A DNA stretch of 63,931 nucleotides, the filler included, from Intoshia linei (Eukaryota > Animalia > Orthonectida): NCBI GenBank assembly GCA_001642005.1. It is 6 parts of 6 records of this genome, joined end to end, with 100 filler letters (N's around TTAATTAATTAA, not from the genome) between each part and the next. Parts side by side here need not be neighbours in the genome. Positions count along the whole stretch, not along the records: positions 25,917 to 50,591 come from LWCA01000527.1; 5 more parts are not named here. One strand, 5' to 3'. Shown in pieces: positions 25,817-40,600 of this stretch. Position 1 is the stretch's first letter; each line of letters opens with the position of its first letter. The notes under the pieces were generated by a model. That model saw only the letters and a list, made by a program, of their open reading frames with translations. It did not search any database and was not told where the DNA came from. A program made the position numbers and the translations under genes.

Positions 25817-26129
25817 NNNNNNNNNNNNNNNNNNNNNNNNNNNNNNNNNNNNNNNNNNNNTTAATTAATTAANNNNNNNNNNNNNNNNNNNNNNNNNNNN
25901 NNNNNNNNNNNNNNNNACAAGAATGAAACAAATTAAATTCATATCAAATACAAGTTATCTTTCAAGCATAATTTATAGAAGTGGTTTTCAAATTTTCTGT
26001 ATTCGCGACCTCTTATAAACATTTCTTTATATTTCGGTATTTATTTTAACTTTATTTTAAAATGTTATGTTACCAAGGAACCATTCCAGAACACCTTGTG
26101 AGAAAAGTCACGCTACGCCACTGAATTCT

Positions 26130-27690
26130 ACCAAAAAAATAAATTCAAAATGCTACTCACTATTAACTATCATTTAAGGAAGTCATTCTTAAACTTGAAT
26201 TTCACATTACCTTTTAATTTAAAATGAATAATTCTCACTCACTTTTATTTTTCAGCATTTTTGAATAGAATTTTAATAACAATTTTGTGATCCCATTTAT
26301 TCAATTTATTAGAGATAATGAGTGTATAATTTTAAAAATAAAGCCAAAATAGTAATTACGAAAAATTGTCAAAATAGCAAAAATTCCATAAAAAATACAA
26401 GTGTAAATAAACCTGTATATTTAGTATCCTCTTTCGATGAGTAAAAAATATTAATTTTGTATAAATAATTAACGGAAGCAGCTGTTTAAAAATATATTTC
26501 AGGTGAATTTTACTGATATTGCAAAGAATTGTAATAAATATAGAAATGATAATAAAAAAGTTGTATTACTTTTAGTAATCGTTGTAGTTTTAATTTAAAT
26601 TTTATACAAAATTTTTTGAAAGTGATAATTTGAGATTGAAAAATTGCGTAGCAATGAACAAAATTCCTAAGGAATGAATTATATAAATTTTCACCCATAT
26701 TTCTTTATTGGAAATAAGTAGACGTTCAATGCACATTTTTTTTGAAATTGTACGATGAATATTTTTATTTTTACTTTTAATCCAAAATTTGAAAAATATT
26801 GGTTGATAATATATTAAAAATAATTTTTAACCGGGAATGAGTAGATTTCTAGGATTGAAATTTTATATTTATATCAACTGAGATAAGCTCTATCAGAATA
26901 ATTTTTTTTTTAATTTTCGAACAGTTAATTATTTCACATTTTTAGTTTTAATAAAATATGAATACTAAAGTGCTTTTTTGACCGTGAAGGCGTAACTTAT
27001 TCATATTTAAATTTTTTGTGTGTGTTAACAGGATACAACTGTACTACCCATAATTTTTTTTAAATTCTAGGGCTGTTTTCATTTAAAATAATCTAAAATA
27101 ATTTTTTCCTCAAAATTGCCTCCCCTACAAAAATAATTTCTCCCTGGGAGCCACTTGGCTCACCTTTGAGAACTACTGGTGTAGACGTTCAATTCACACT
27201 TTTTTTGAAATTATAGGATGAATATTTACATTTTAATTTTTAACTAATTAATTTTAATTGTAAATGTACGTTTATAATCCAAACATTTGAAAAATATTGG
27301 TTGATAATATATTAAAAGTTATTTTCACAAGGAATGTTTAGATTTCTGGAATTAAAATTTTCTATTTATATCAACTGGAATAAGCTGTATCGAATAAACG
27401 TTTTTTTTTTAATTGTAGGACCGTTAATTATTTCAAATTTTTGGTTTTAACAAACTAGTTTTAAAATAAAAAAAAATGAATACTAAAGTGCTTTTTTGAT
27501 TGTGAAGGCGTCACTTTGCCAGATTGAAATATTTTGTGTGAGTTAACTGGATATAACTATATCAACTAATTTTTTAAAAAAGAGTAATCTGGGATTTTGA
27601 TAATGAAAATGCACATTTTTGGGTTTGCGATTTATGATGATTATGTTTTTAAAAACTACCCCAGAATTTATGTTTTATAAAATTGTAAGA
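26130..27690 (-). mobile_element. Cluster of reverse-strand Helitron fragments with a small hAT MITE piece near 27100-27180
   Basis: Reverse complement of blocks in the 6267, 9553 and 29051 copies. Confidence 0.75.
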
Positions 27691-27803
27691 TAATTGTCAA
27701 TGTTCCCTTGTTTGATGACGTGAAACACGCAATGATGAAATGGATATTCTAGATATTATTATACATTTTAGACACATCATGCGACAAAGCTGGAAACAAA
27801 TCG

Positions 27804-30275
27804 ATGAATTCGTCCTTACCAATAAGACGCAGTAGTAGAGTAGATTTGAAAGAACTAAACGATAAGCGCAAATCATATATCAAGGATAAAGATATACCAA
27901 AAGAAAATGACCGTGAATATAGACGTGAAAGACTAACGCAAAATCTCGACTCAAAACGATACTCGATTGCATCATCAGCCGAAACATTTGTAGTTGGACA
28001 GAAAAAAAAAAACCAAGAAGAACACGAAAAAAAGAAGCAAAAGATATCAAACGAAATTTCCAGCAATTCTCATGAAATTAAACGACGTGAAAAAGTGGAA
28101 AATACACCTTCTCACGACACATTCAATGCTGATGACTCGGAAAATAATAAAAGTGGTGATAAGATAATTTCTAGACGCCGTAATAAACTTGTAAAAAGAA
28201 ATATTCGACGTAGCACCCGAGAAATATCAAACAAAACTACCGAAATACCCGAACCTAAAGGTAAAACATTGATTAGACAGGGTACAATAAACAAAGGATC
28301 CATTAAATCAAAAACCAACAGATTGACTAAAAACAAATCTTTTGTTTTAACAAAACATGAAGATTCCATTTCCAATGATTCCCCATCAAGAATATCTCAT
28401 GCAGATTCAAATCAAACTGAAACTTTATCAATGAACTCTTTCCATTCCACTGAAACATTATTGATCGATCGGCCTAAACATGGACTACCTATTATTACTC
28501 CAAATGAAAAATCGTTGAATCTCAACAAATTTCGTGCTAGACGAAATCGTTTGAAACAAGGCATTCAGGTTAATTCCAAACGAGATTCTATAAAGAGAAA
28601 AAACAGCAATGAAACATATGTGTATGACAGAAATGAAAGATTGAAGGACCAGAAAGCAAAATCTGCCAGATTTCGTCCATCAAACAATTCTCCAGTTTTA
28701 TCCAAATTACCTCCAAGTATTAGTGGTAGCAATACTTCACTAGCGTCTATTCCGATGAAGATTACAAATGTAAATCCATCGTCGTCTGTTGGAGCCAATT
28801 TACAAAAAATTGGTAATTTAAACTCTAAATTGAATTATGTACCCAAAAGGTGCAGAAATATTAAAATTAAAAAACGGGAAACTCAAGATGCTGAAGAAAT
28901 GAAAAATGTTCTACAAGAAAAGAAAATTGAGTAATTAATTGTATTATGTTTAATACTAGCTTGACTGTTATGTACTGGGTACAAACAGCAGCCAGCTCTA
29001 CCGAGGCAGACTGTTTAATTTTAAGACTTTAATTTAATTAGATTAGACAATCCTTCTTATATAATATGCTTTGTTTGTCTGTGTGTATTACCGTTTATTT
29101 CAATAACTACTAGTCTTAGAATTTTATAAAGTCCACATTTCAATTATAGTTTTTTCCGGAGGTGTTAGAAAAATAAATTTCAACATCACAAACTCATATC
29201 TTACTGATCAAAAAGCTCAATTGTTTTTTTTTTGAAAATAAAACGAGTTGGAGAATTTAAAAAAATATATACAATTACTGATACGGATTTTAAAATCATA
29301 AATATTATCATAAAGTTAAATTTAAAAAAATATATCTTTAGGGCCAAAACCACAAACTACCTTTTTTTTAATGAAAACAGCCCTAGAATTTAAAAAATTT
29401 ACAGGTGGTACAGTTGTATCCTGTTAACACACACAGAAAATTTCAATCCGAATAAGTGACGCCTTCACGGTCAAAAAAGCATTTTAGTATTCATATATTT
29501 TTTTCCGAAATATTTTATTAAAACAAAAAATGTGAAATAATTAACGGTCCGAAAATTAAAAAAATTGATTATTCTGATAGAACTTATTCCAGTTGATATA
29601 ATGCAAAATTTAAAAAGTCTAATAAATAAAAAAAAATGTGATAACAATTGTTTTTAAAATTCTTTACACAAATGTTAAAAAAACAAAATTAAGATGGAAT
29701 AATTCAATTTAAAGTAAAAAGTAATGTGATATGACGGTTCCACCTGACACAAGTTTGGGAATCACTGCTTTAAAGAATTGATAATAGTGAATAGTAGAAT
29801 TTTTAAGTTAGATTTTCAACGTGAATTTATTTGGTAGAATAAAAATGTGCCCTCGGTAGAGCTAGGTTTTGTTTGTACGTAGTGCATAACAGTCAACCTA
29901 GTGAGTGTATAATTTTATAGATAAAGAATAATATCATTTTTTTTCATTTTAATTAGATATAACTATTAGCTGCCACTTTTTTTAAATTTTTCAAAATAAT
30001 GGGTAATTTAGGGTTTTGGCCGTGAAGATGCCAATTTTTTATTTTGAAATTTATCTTATTTTTTATAACTGAAGCAACTGAGTTACAATTTTTGTTTTGG
30101 AAATTTCTGGGACTGTCAGTTTTCTCAATAAATGGTTACACTCAGACACACATTTTTAACAAATTTTTGTTTACAAAAGTTAAAGTAAGTAACGATATCA
30201 ATTATCTTGATAAAAATAAATTATAGGTTCAAAAGTAAACGGCGACCTACAGGTGTAGTGGATTATGAACTTTAA
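27804..30275 (+). CDS. Basic Lys/Arg/Ser-rich, probably disordered protein; exon to 28930, probable last exon 30227-30275
   Basis: 376-aa ORF; donor GA|GTAATT at 28931 and acceptor ttatag at 30226 join in frame to EFKSKRRPTGVVDYEL*; start may lie further upstream. Confidence 0.7.
29051..29901 (+). mobile_element. Full-length non-autonomous Helitron carrying a hAT-like terminal fragment
   Basis: A|TCCTTCTTATATAATATGC ... CAGTCAACCTAG|T; a separate opposite-strand 3' end sits at 28956-29015. Confidence 0.85.
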
Positions 30276-30908
30276 AAGTTGTATTAAAAAGTTCTTTGTT
30301 ATTCACGTATATTTTTATATGTACATTAAATATTATTTATAATTTCTTTTGTAAACATATTAGTATTATTCGTAATCGATACGGTCTACCTGTCAAATTA
30401 AGTAATATTTCCGTTTTATGATACACTATATAGATCAGCGTTTTAACTATTTTTAAGACGAATTTTTCACAAAATGTTTTGCCACAACCCTGTAAAATGG
30501 CAACTACAATTGTTGTGTTATTACATTGATTTATAATATTAAAGGCATACCATTCTGTCAGCTCACCGTGTCGGTGACATTTCATTTTTTCTGAATATAA
30601 ACTTAAAAAACTCTTGGAATTACTTTTTTTAAAATTCCAAGATTTAATTATTGATTGTGCGCAGATTGTTTTGAATAAACGATTTACAAAATATTTTGAA
30701 ATAAAACAGTTATCTACATTTCTGACCATGAAGATGCAAATTTCAGGAATTGAAATTTATGATAAAACATTCCATGAAACAAATCATATTGGAATTTATG
30801 TTTGTTAGAATTTTGGGATTATTAGTTTTTTAAATAATAGGTAACACGTGTTTAATTTTTTAAAGTAAGGATTTAACAAAATGATAATAATTTATTTAAA
30901 TTGTTATA

Positions 30909-33900
30909 TTATTTAATGACAAAATTGTGAATACATTCATCGTTAATTTTAACGTTTCTGTATATTTCAAGTCCCTAAATGATATAACATAAATGGTAAT
31001 ATAAGAAAGAGCCTGCAACATGTAAGCCAAGGTCCGCTAGACAGATACGGACAAACAAAACATTTTTAATTTATTATTTTTTTAACGGTCAATACATGAT
31101 TATATTATGTATATCGAAAACTATTATTATCTTTGTGATAATAAACGAATTAAACAAACAAATTTACCGCGATTGCAGATGGACAAAAAATGGACCATGC
31201 AGGGAGGGTTCATATGAAATATTTAGTACAATCCACCATCGTAATTTCTAAATGCGTCATCTAATTGGATGAAACTCACCACTTGTTTCACGATTGTTTA
31301 TGCTAGGTCCATTGTCCATTAATTTTTAATCTTTTTAGTTAGCTAGCTCTACAACTTAGTGAAAAAACGTGGGGTCGATTGAGACAAAAAAATTTTGACA
31401 TGAAAGAAAATACATGATTTCCTATTCTAAAGAAAATTTAAACGGATTACATCGATTCTCAAATGGGAATGATTGTCATGTTCGTCTACAAAAAGTAATA
31501 CTAAGTAGCTTCGTGTTGACTCTTATGACTCATCGGTATTTTAAAATAATGTTAATCAAGTTTAGATTATTAATAAAGTTGTTAATAGATTTATATGTTA
31601 ATGTTAATTTACCTCTCCTTCATAAGAAACTTGTGGAAATATTTCAATGTCCTTAGATCTAATAAATATTATATAATCTTTGCAATTTGTATAAATATAC
31701 TATATTAATTTGAGTTTTAATATGGAATACATTGACAACAATTTACTTTTAAAATGTACCACAGAATATTATATATAATATAATAATAAATATTTTTGAA
31801 TTAATATATTACGTGACAATTTCAGCTTTAGCGTTATTTAGCCATTTTCTATGGAGAATATTCATCATATTACGCGCTGTATAGGGACAATCAGATTTTA
31901 TATCGTTTCCATTTTTAATGGGAGCAAATTCATCCCTTCTATCTACCATCCAAATTCCAATTTTAGAAGCTCTAAAAAAGTATTACATCTATTTATCTAT
32001 CATACATGTAAATATCATGATTTAAAAGTACCAATTATTAATTAATTAGCCGTACAGATCTAGAAATAGGCCCTGTAAATTTTTTTATATATGGGACCTC
32101 TATGCATTGCTTAATCGATCGATTATATAAAAATAAAGAATAACTAATATTATACGATAATTTTGGTATACCTAAGAAATTTTCCAACATTACATATTAA
32201 TAAATTAAAAAAGTAGGTCCTCATGATTGTAGAACCGGGCCATATGTCCCCTAGCCACGGTCCTGCGCCTCAGGGTACATAAGGTACACCTTGACGACCA
32301 TTGAATTAAAGTTTATCGATATTTCGAAGTTCTAACCGACAAAATATACTAATTTATCTAGTATTTTTATAAACCCGCGTAACTGGGTAATCAAATGACT
32401 GACTGACTCTCATGATATCACATATATTCAATATATTACTCAATAAATGGAAAAATATCAAAAATAAATTTTTCCAGTTGCAACCATTCTCCTAAAGAAT
32501 TCTCCTTTTTTGCAACATTGAAAAAGTTTCCACGTTTTATAGCCACATGATAAGGTAGATTGCTAAATAAAAATAAAATATATATGTAAATAAAAGAGTA
32601 ATTTTTTAATGACTAGTAAATGTAGTTATATCATAAGAGTATCATACTAATTTTTATGAATATTAACTCAATGTCATTTAGGGTACGCTACGTACCGATA
32701 AAAGATTATTTAAAGGTGACCTGAGATTTTGGTATACTGAATTTAATATAAAATTCCAATATATACTGAAATCTATATTGACCTTTAAAATATTGTTAAT
32801 CTAATCATGTTCTATTACTCAATCAAACTAAATGCAATCTCAGACAAGTCTTAGGATCATAATTGCAATTATTAAAACGCATACAAATCTGACAACAGAA
32901 ACGAAATCCAAGTTCATGCTATTAAAAAATGATTTTATTAATAAGTTACCGTAATAATTTATAAAAAAACTTATAAAAATGTATAATTTAACTCAGTACA
33001 TTTACTGTTTTGAAGGCAGCACCTTTCTAAATAAAATTTAATCAAATACAGAAGTGCTAACACCAGGAGGTGAATACAAAAATTTTAGATGATTGGGGAT
33101 GAATCACAAATGTTTAGCTTATTTTATTCAATTTAGTAAAATATTTTGAGAAAAAACCAAAATTTTACCAACCCTTAAGGAAAAAACCGCTTTTACCAAT
33201 ATTTTTCTAAAAAATCTCATTTTACCAAAAATTAATATTTTAAAAATAATTTATTGGTAAATAAAAAATAAATCAAATTGTTCAGAAGCACCAAATCGTC
33301 AATAAGGCTGCACTTTCTCCACCTCTGGCCTATATTATAAAGTATTATCTAAAATCTCGATGCCAAGACGTCAGTGGGGACAGTATTACTATGTAGTATT
33401 AAAGCATTTTATGGAAAAGTAATGATTGCATATATTTCCACAATTAAACACCAACTCATCACCAGACATTGAATTTAGTTCATTGATGCTTTCAGAGTAT
33501 TCCAGAACTTTAACTTTTCTAGTCTCCAACACAAACATTCCAATTTTTTCGTTAACATCCATTTTCTTTGTAGCCTATATATTTTTAGCAATAACATAAA
33601 GTGTAAAAAGTATAAGTGTATTAATGTTATAATTTATAACATTAGTACTTAACAATTAATATGCACATGATTCTAGTTCGCAACGCTACACCACTGTAGT
33701 GCAGGTATTGTCAGACAGGTGTATCATCTTTGGTCAACGTAAATTCAAAAAAAGTCAGTAAGTGTATATGAAATTTCTTATAGGCGAACCCGACATTATG
33801 TTTGGAAATTAAAATTTAATTTTGTAAAAAAATTAATTATTTTGACATTTTAATTAATTATAAACATCAAGAACAGCAGATAATACAATAATATTTTCGA

Positions 33901-36900
33901 AAATAATTAAAAGCCAATTGGAACTATGGAAACGTACCTTGTAACTTTTTTTCATATTGGTGTCGTAAAAATTTGTTAAAATAATGCTGCTGTAGTGCAT
34001 GCAGATAATTTTATCAAATTCATGTATCTCTGTGTCATTTACAAGTTTAGATGATATTGTAATCTGTAATTGTATTCTACTAGGCAGCCTAATACAGATG
34101 GTCAGTCCACCTCTTCAAACCAAACATTTAAGGATAATAATTGCAGAGGGCGAGTACATCCCATGCAGAAAGGAAATGGTCCGGTTCAAATGTCAATAGA
34201 AAGAATAAATATTCAAGAGAATGTTGCTAAGAACCGATTGAGATGATATTAGAACTTGCAAACGATCGGCAAATAAGAGATATAACGACAGACATTCAGT
34301 GTGTACTACACACTATGTAATACATCATCAAGACGATCAACCTTCTCCAATATAAGTAGATCTGGCGGATGGAGAACTGAGATATCAATGGAATTATGTA
34401 ATATATACAATTGACACAGGATACATGATCAGTTCCCAGAATGTGCTATATTTGGAGAAGGTAAAGAAACAGTTGAGGCATTGGATAGAAGTCAGCAGAT
34501 TATTTTATCACCATATATTGAATTATCAAGGATTTAAATGATGAAGAAACCACCGGGTTATGTTTATGAAGATCGTTTCCACAAAATATTGTCCATGAGA
34601 ATGTCTGGAAATGTTGGAATGAAACAATATAACAGATATGACTTAACTGATATATCTGGATAGTGATACGTTACGACAGAAGTTCACAAGGAGGATGGAT
34701 TAGCAAAACATTGACTATTCTATTGCAGAACTAAAATGGTTAACCGTTATAAAGATAAGGTAGTGATAGCTAAGGATGAGTTAGAAGACAACAAATCGAT
34801 AATTTTAAACTATGGGTGGTTGGGTATAACATTAAAACCCTTGTAGACCGGAAGAACCGATCCAACAGCGATTCTTCATGTGGATAATAATAGGTTTACT
34901 CCCACGAACCAATTAAGTTTGCAAAACATGAGAAATACGAAGTTTCACGTCGCGGGAATATCTACCTTTGTTAATAAATGAAATATTAATTAATCTTGAT
35001 TCGAATTGGGAAACACTACTTGTCGCAGTATTTGCTCACTTGTCATGGGACTACAGAGGTGAGTAATAACATCCCACACGCATTCAGTACTAGTCAAAGC
35101 CTTCAAATGAAGACGATACAAGCTGCTGCATATCAAGAAGGAATGAAGAATAAATTAAATAAACATGAACATCAAACATCAAATGAACAATCAATGACTA
35201 ATAGTCATAAATTCTCAGTTACGTATATAATATAATATACAATATAATTGTAACGAGGTTTAATGGAAATTTTCATAACACAAAATGATTATTTGACATC
35301 TGACAACTCTGAATGTCTAGGCTTTGAGATACATAATTATTTATTTTTTTTATGTACAGTATATAAGTAAATGTACAAATGTGTGTGGTGTTTCGGTTAC
35401 TATAGTACCATTTATATCATCAACATCAGTGATTCCCAAATCGTGCGTAGCAAGACAAAATTAGATGCGTCACGAGATTTTTAACCAAAATTGTATAATT
35501 CAAAAATGGTCAATTTTGTACAAGTCATTATAATAATATTTAATAATTTATATCCACATTATTTTGGGGACAATTCTAGCAAAACCAGTCAAATTTTTCT
35601 GGAAAATACATATGAAGTATTAAGAAATTTTTTTACATATTGGGTGTACCGTCAAATGTTTCATTAATTTTGTGTGCTCCGCAACAGTAAAAAGTTTATG
35701 AACCACTACATTGCTATTTTGCAATCTGCATTATAAAAATATAAATACTCACTTTAGTGGCTGCATCAAATTGATTTTGAATGCAATATCCCATAAAGGC
35801 AGGATCACAAGGTAATGATAATAAATTATCAATGCCTACAACATGAAAATGTTTGATGTTATTGTTCTTAATGCAGGTCATGAATAAATTATCATGGACT
35901 AAATCAAGTATACCACCATTTCCATCTAAATTATAATTACCAATTCATAACATATTAGCGTTCTCTCAATGGAAATTTGTGGAATACTCCAAATATTTCC
36001 TATGAAAAACGATAAATCATACAAGTTTTGATATTAATCATAAAATAAATATCGAAAAGAAATATTATTAAAGTTATTTTAACCAAAAAACAATTTTTAT
36101 AAATAAATATTGTATTTCTATATATAAAAAATGAGCTTTGATCTGAGTGCATTTGATTGAGAGCATTGAGTTACAAATTAACTTACTAGGTATCATCTTC
36201 AAAGAATCTTGATCCATAAGAACAAATTCCCCATTCCTGCTTATAGCAGGTAAAGAAGTTTGTTGGAAAAAATGAACATAATTTTTATCAAGTCCAAAAT
36301 AATGATTATTTTCAAAGTGACAAATAGTTTCAAAATGTGTTTTATGACTCGTCATGATTAATCTAAAAATTCAAAATCAAAATGCCATCAAAAATATACA
36401 ATGAAATGTGACCATATTCGCATATTTGGTTATTTTTTGCTAGATTAACTAATTTTACAAGTTTCAAAGATAACAATTCAAATAAACTCATTTTTGATGG
36501 TAATCCAATGTCTACCACTCCTTTGGGTTTATTAAAACCCAACCGAGAGCCCATACCTCCCGCCATAACCATTAATGCCATATGACCATTAGTTATACTT
36601 TCATATGCAATATTTTGATATTGTACTAGTTTTTTTTCATTTAATTTACTTCTATTACAAATCATTGATTTTGGGATTGGTTCAATTGAATCTTTTTCTA
36701 AAGTTACCTTAGTTTATTAAATTTTATTTTCAGCAGTGAAACTGGTACTATTCTCGATTTTTAGCGAATAATAGAACCATGTTTCTAAAAAAACGGATAA
36801 GAATAAAAATTTATTCCAAATAAACTAAAAGTTATAGTACGTATTTTTCTGGCCACTTTAATTTAAATATACAATTGTATATTATACATTGTGATTTATA

Positions 36901-37128
36901 TGCCTTGCTTTTTAAATTTCTGAATAATGTACCTTGTTTAGATGAATCAACATTAGTATACCGATTCAATAGCGTACATACATCATCCATACCATAAATG
37001 AGATTATTGAAATGTATACATTCATTCCTTAGTTTATCTAATTTAGTATCGTTTTTGTTGGAGTATAGATAAGATGACAGTTTTGGTTGTTTCTGTTGCA
37101 GACTTTCAGTTTGTTTATTTAATTCCAT
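30909..37128 (-). CDS. UAP1: UDP-N-acetylhexosamine pyrophosphorylase; multi-exon
   Basis: MAGGMGSRLGFNKPKG, DGNGG, GIDN, VLEYSE, GNICNHYF, LEKFIFDIFPF, RRDEFAPIKN, IEIFPQVSYEGE|GLE in expected order over GT-AG introns. Confidence 0.93.
33990..35230 (+). mobile_element. Heavily decayed Ty3/gypsy-like retrotransposon remnant in a UAP1 intron
   Basis: Raised GC; IDTG protease-like motif near 34410; LGYNI; LSQYLLT...PHAFSTSQS integrase-like tail; many stops. Confidence 0.4.
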
Positions 37129-37618
37129 CTTTCCTTCAATTTTTTATTCGTACTCACAAAAAATACAGGACAAAAACATTTTGTTGTGATGATAACAGAT
37201 GTCAACTATCCGATTGTTTATAATATACTCTGACTAAAGTCATTGTATACAAATAAATAATATTGCTCTGGATACTTTAAAAATGTGCATTTCATACATA
37301 TTAAAAAATTTAAAATTTAGGTGGTTAATAAACAAATCTATGATGTAGAAATTGTTTTAAGAAAAATTTTCGCAAGTTAGAAAATTAAACTATTGCATCG
37401 TATCTAGATAATGTTGTGTTACCACGTTGATTACAAGTATATAGTATTTAATGAGGCGTATACGTTCCTGAATTGAACCGCATACGGGTAGCAGATGCAC
37501 TTTGTGCATCCACCCTTTATGTTGAAATACTACAAATATTTAAAAGATTCTGAAACAATAAAAAAAAATTTATATACAACAAAATTTGAATAATTCAATC
37601 TGTATGAGGTAAATTTAC

Positions 37619-40600
37619 ATCTTCTATAAACCAAGATATTGAAGTGAAATGTGAATTTACCTAAATTAACATTTAAATATTAAAAAATTACAAATTACCA
37701 AATAAAAATTTTTTCTGACTAAATTAAAGTATACTTTACTTAACTTGGCTTCAGAATCATTAGAAAGGTAATGAGATTTTGATTCATATGCATTGGTTTC
37801 GTCATTTATTAATATTTTAGTTGGACTAAATGTTCAAATATTAGTGTATACAATGATCGCTCTCTAAATTGAACACTAACTGCAAAAAAATGGATAGTGT
37901 TCATATTTTAGAAATTGAACACTGTTTATATATTATATTAAAACAAATTTATGAGAAAAATCACCATAAATTGTGTTCATGTTCAAGAGCGGGAATGTAT
38001 ATTCTTACTATGTATTTAGATACTGCTCAATTTAGGGAGAGACCACTGTATGTATAAGTCACTGGCTATCAAAGCTTTTTGCCTGTCAACCAATTTAAAT
38101 TTTTTGTAATATTAAATATGCAATGATGGACGCTTAGTATTGTTTGCTAGGTAAATGTTATGAATGTTGGATTATAAACAATATGAAATATAAACAAGAG
38201 ATCGTCATTAAAACGTTGAAACGTTAATTAAATTTCGCACGTCCCAAACCTTATTAAAAACTCTATTAAGTCTTGTGCAATGTAATTTTTGACTTTGAAA
38301 AAACTGTCGATTCATTAAAAAACCAAGAAATCCATGACTCGCAAAACGCAAAACCCCAAGACTACACAACATTTAATAAGGATATATTTCAATTAACATT
38401 AATTAATCATATAATTATATATATCATTAATTAACATTAATATGTAATAATGTAAATAAAATTACCTAATACAAACACGAGTATCCTTGAAATCATCGCT
38501 AGAAATTGGTAAATCAATCCAATCATTAAATAAATCCCGTTTAAAATGAACCAAAGTTAACATTTTAATAATTTTTGATTGATTGGATTCAAATTTATGT
38601 AAAACCACAAATTTATCTGTACTATAAAAGACAAAGTCTAGTATATTCATTTTGGGTACAAATTCACGTAAATTTATGGACAAACAGACATCTTGATATT
38701 CTAAATGTGTACCACAATTCTTTATTAGTAATATAGATCCAGTTTTATTAGTGTCAGGATTTAAAATTGCCTTAATGACACATTTTTCGGGAGTTGCCAC
38801 ACTACATTTTGTAATTTTAGTTAAATTTATAAAATTATAAATACTGTGCCCACTTCAAAACTACACTTTAATGAAAATTTTTTTTACCATTGAATTTATT
38901 ATACTCAATTAAATAGTTTCATATAGTGAAGCACGCTAATCGACATGTATAAAATTTACCTCTTAACAACTACCTTATCAATATTTTCATTTGATCTAAA
39001 CATGAATATGAGTACTACTGATATCAACACTATTTTTATCTGACTAAATTAAAATATTACACTATAAAGATTTTTATTCTAAATTTTGAATTTTCATTTC
39101 TTTTTGATATAAGTGTCTATATAAAAAATAAATTTATATTGTAAATAAAACTAGGCATTTTACCAATGTTTGGCAAAATCATTCGCGTTTAACAAAAAGG
39201 AAAACGTGACCAATCATGATTTTGAAACAATTTAATTAAACTACTAAATTTTATTTTAAAATTAAAAATATATTTCCCTTTAAATTAAGTTTAATGTACA
39301 CTTACATTGTACATGTAATTATAAAGATTTCCAGAAGTATATTTATATCAGAATTTCCCTTAGATAATAATATATTCACCTCAACGTTTCGAAGCATTTT
39401 ATCTAATTCATACACGACTCTACTAAGCGACGTAACAATTGAATCGTATATATTTCGTTTCGACTTTATAAAACCATCACCTTTAAAATTAAAACGAAAA
39501 TTAATAAATAATAATTGTAAAAAACATACCAATGCACTCTGATGGCATATCCAATTCCTTAAAAACGTTACATTTTAAATTTGTATCGTTGCATATTATA
39601 CTATCCAAAGGTTTGTTTTGAAAATACTAAACTATACTTTTAAAGAACAATTCCAACTAAACTTACATTTATATGATATAATATACATAAAACGATTTAA
39701 ACTTACTTGTGAAATGAAATCAAATTTTAATTCCACGTGATTGTATCCGAATTTCTAAATACAAATAAATATTTTGATATTATTCAACTAGGTAAATAAT
39801 AAAAACATTACACACCTAGTTGAATAATGTAATTAAAAAATGTTACATATTTGAATAGACATTTTGACACATAACATCAGTATAATTATACTAAAATAAT
39901 TTTTCGTAATATTAATTACCGGCGGAATCATTTGACAAATAAATTTGACAATTTTATCATAATCTCCAAATTCCTAATATTAGCAAATATAAATATATAA
40001 ATTATAATAAATAGTGAAATTAAAATTACCAAACAATTTTCTGTAGCGTCTACAGTTTCTGTAAAAATGTGAACTTGATGTTTCAACCATAAAAAAAAAT
40101 TAACATATGGTTTTTGATAATTAGATAATCTCCTAAATTAAAATTCAATTTTATAAAGTTATTTTATAATTGGTATCACTCAGTTTATGTGACATTGTGA
40201 ATAATAAAAAAATTTTCCAATTAAAAGCGAATAGATACGCTAACGGAATAATTTAATCAAGTATGTACTTTTAAAACAATATTACGTCGTAAATTCATTA
40301 ATTTTAAAAATATGGTTTCCTGTATTTTCAATGATTGGTATTATCATTTCTGGGCAAATATTAAACTGTTTAAAATCTGGAAGACTGGATACATTGTAAA
40401 TATCATTTAAATGACAATAAATTGCTTTTATTAAGCTAAATACAATATTGAAATGTTGTTTATTAACAAAATTATAATAAATTAAAAAATAATAAAAACC
40501 TAAAAATTTACCATAAATAATTTGACGTAAAGCCATTTTGCAAATTTGAAAATGTAGAATCAATTTTGTTTAACAATAGCGTCAAAATCTAAATATATTT

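Noticed and set aside
27749-28798. Antisense ORFs over real genes (also 20285..20491 and 47638..47913)
   Set aside because: Shadow frames of the coding strand with no independent support.
37195-37210. TGTCAA motif near several start codons (GIT, UAP1, PPCDC)
   Set aside because: Short word common in this composition, inconsistent in orientation, and absent from other starts; enrichment cannot be shown without a count.
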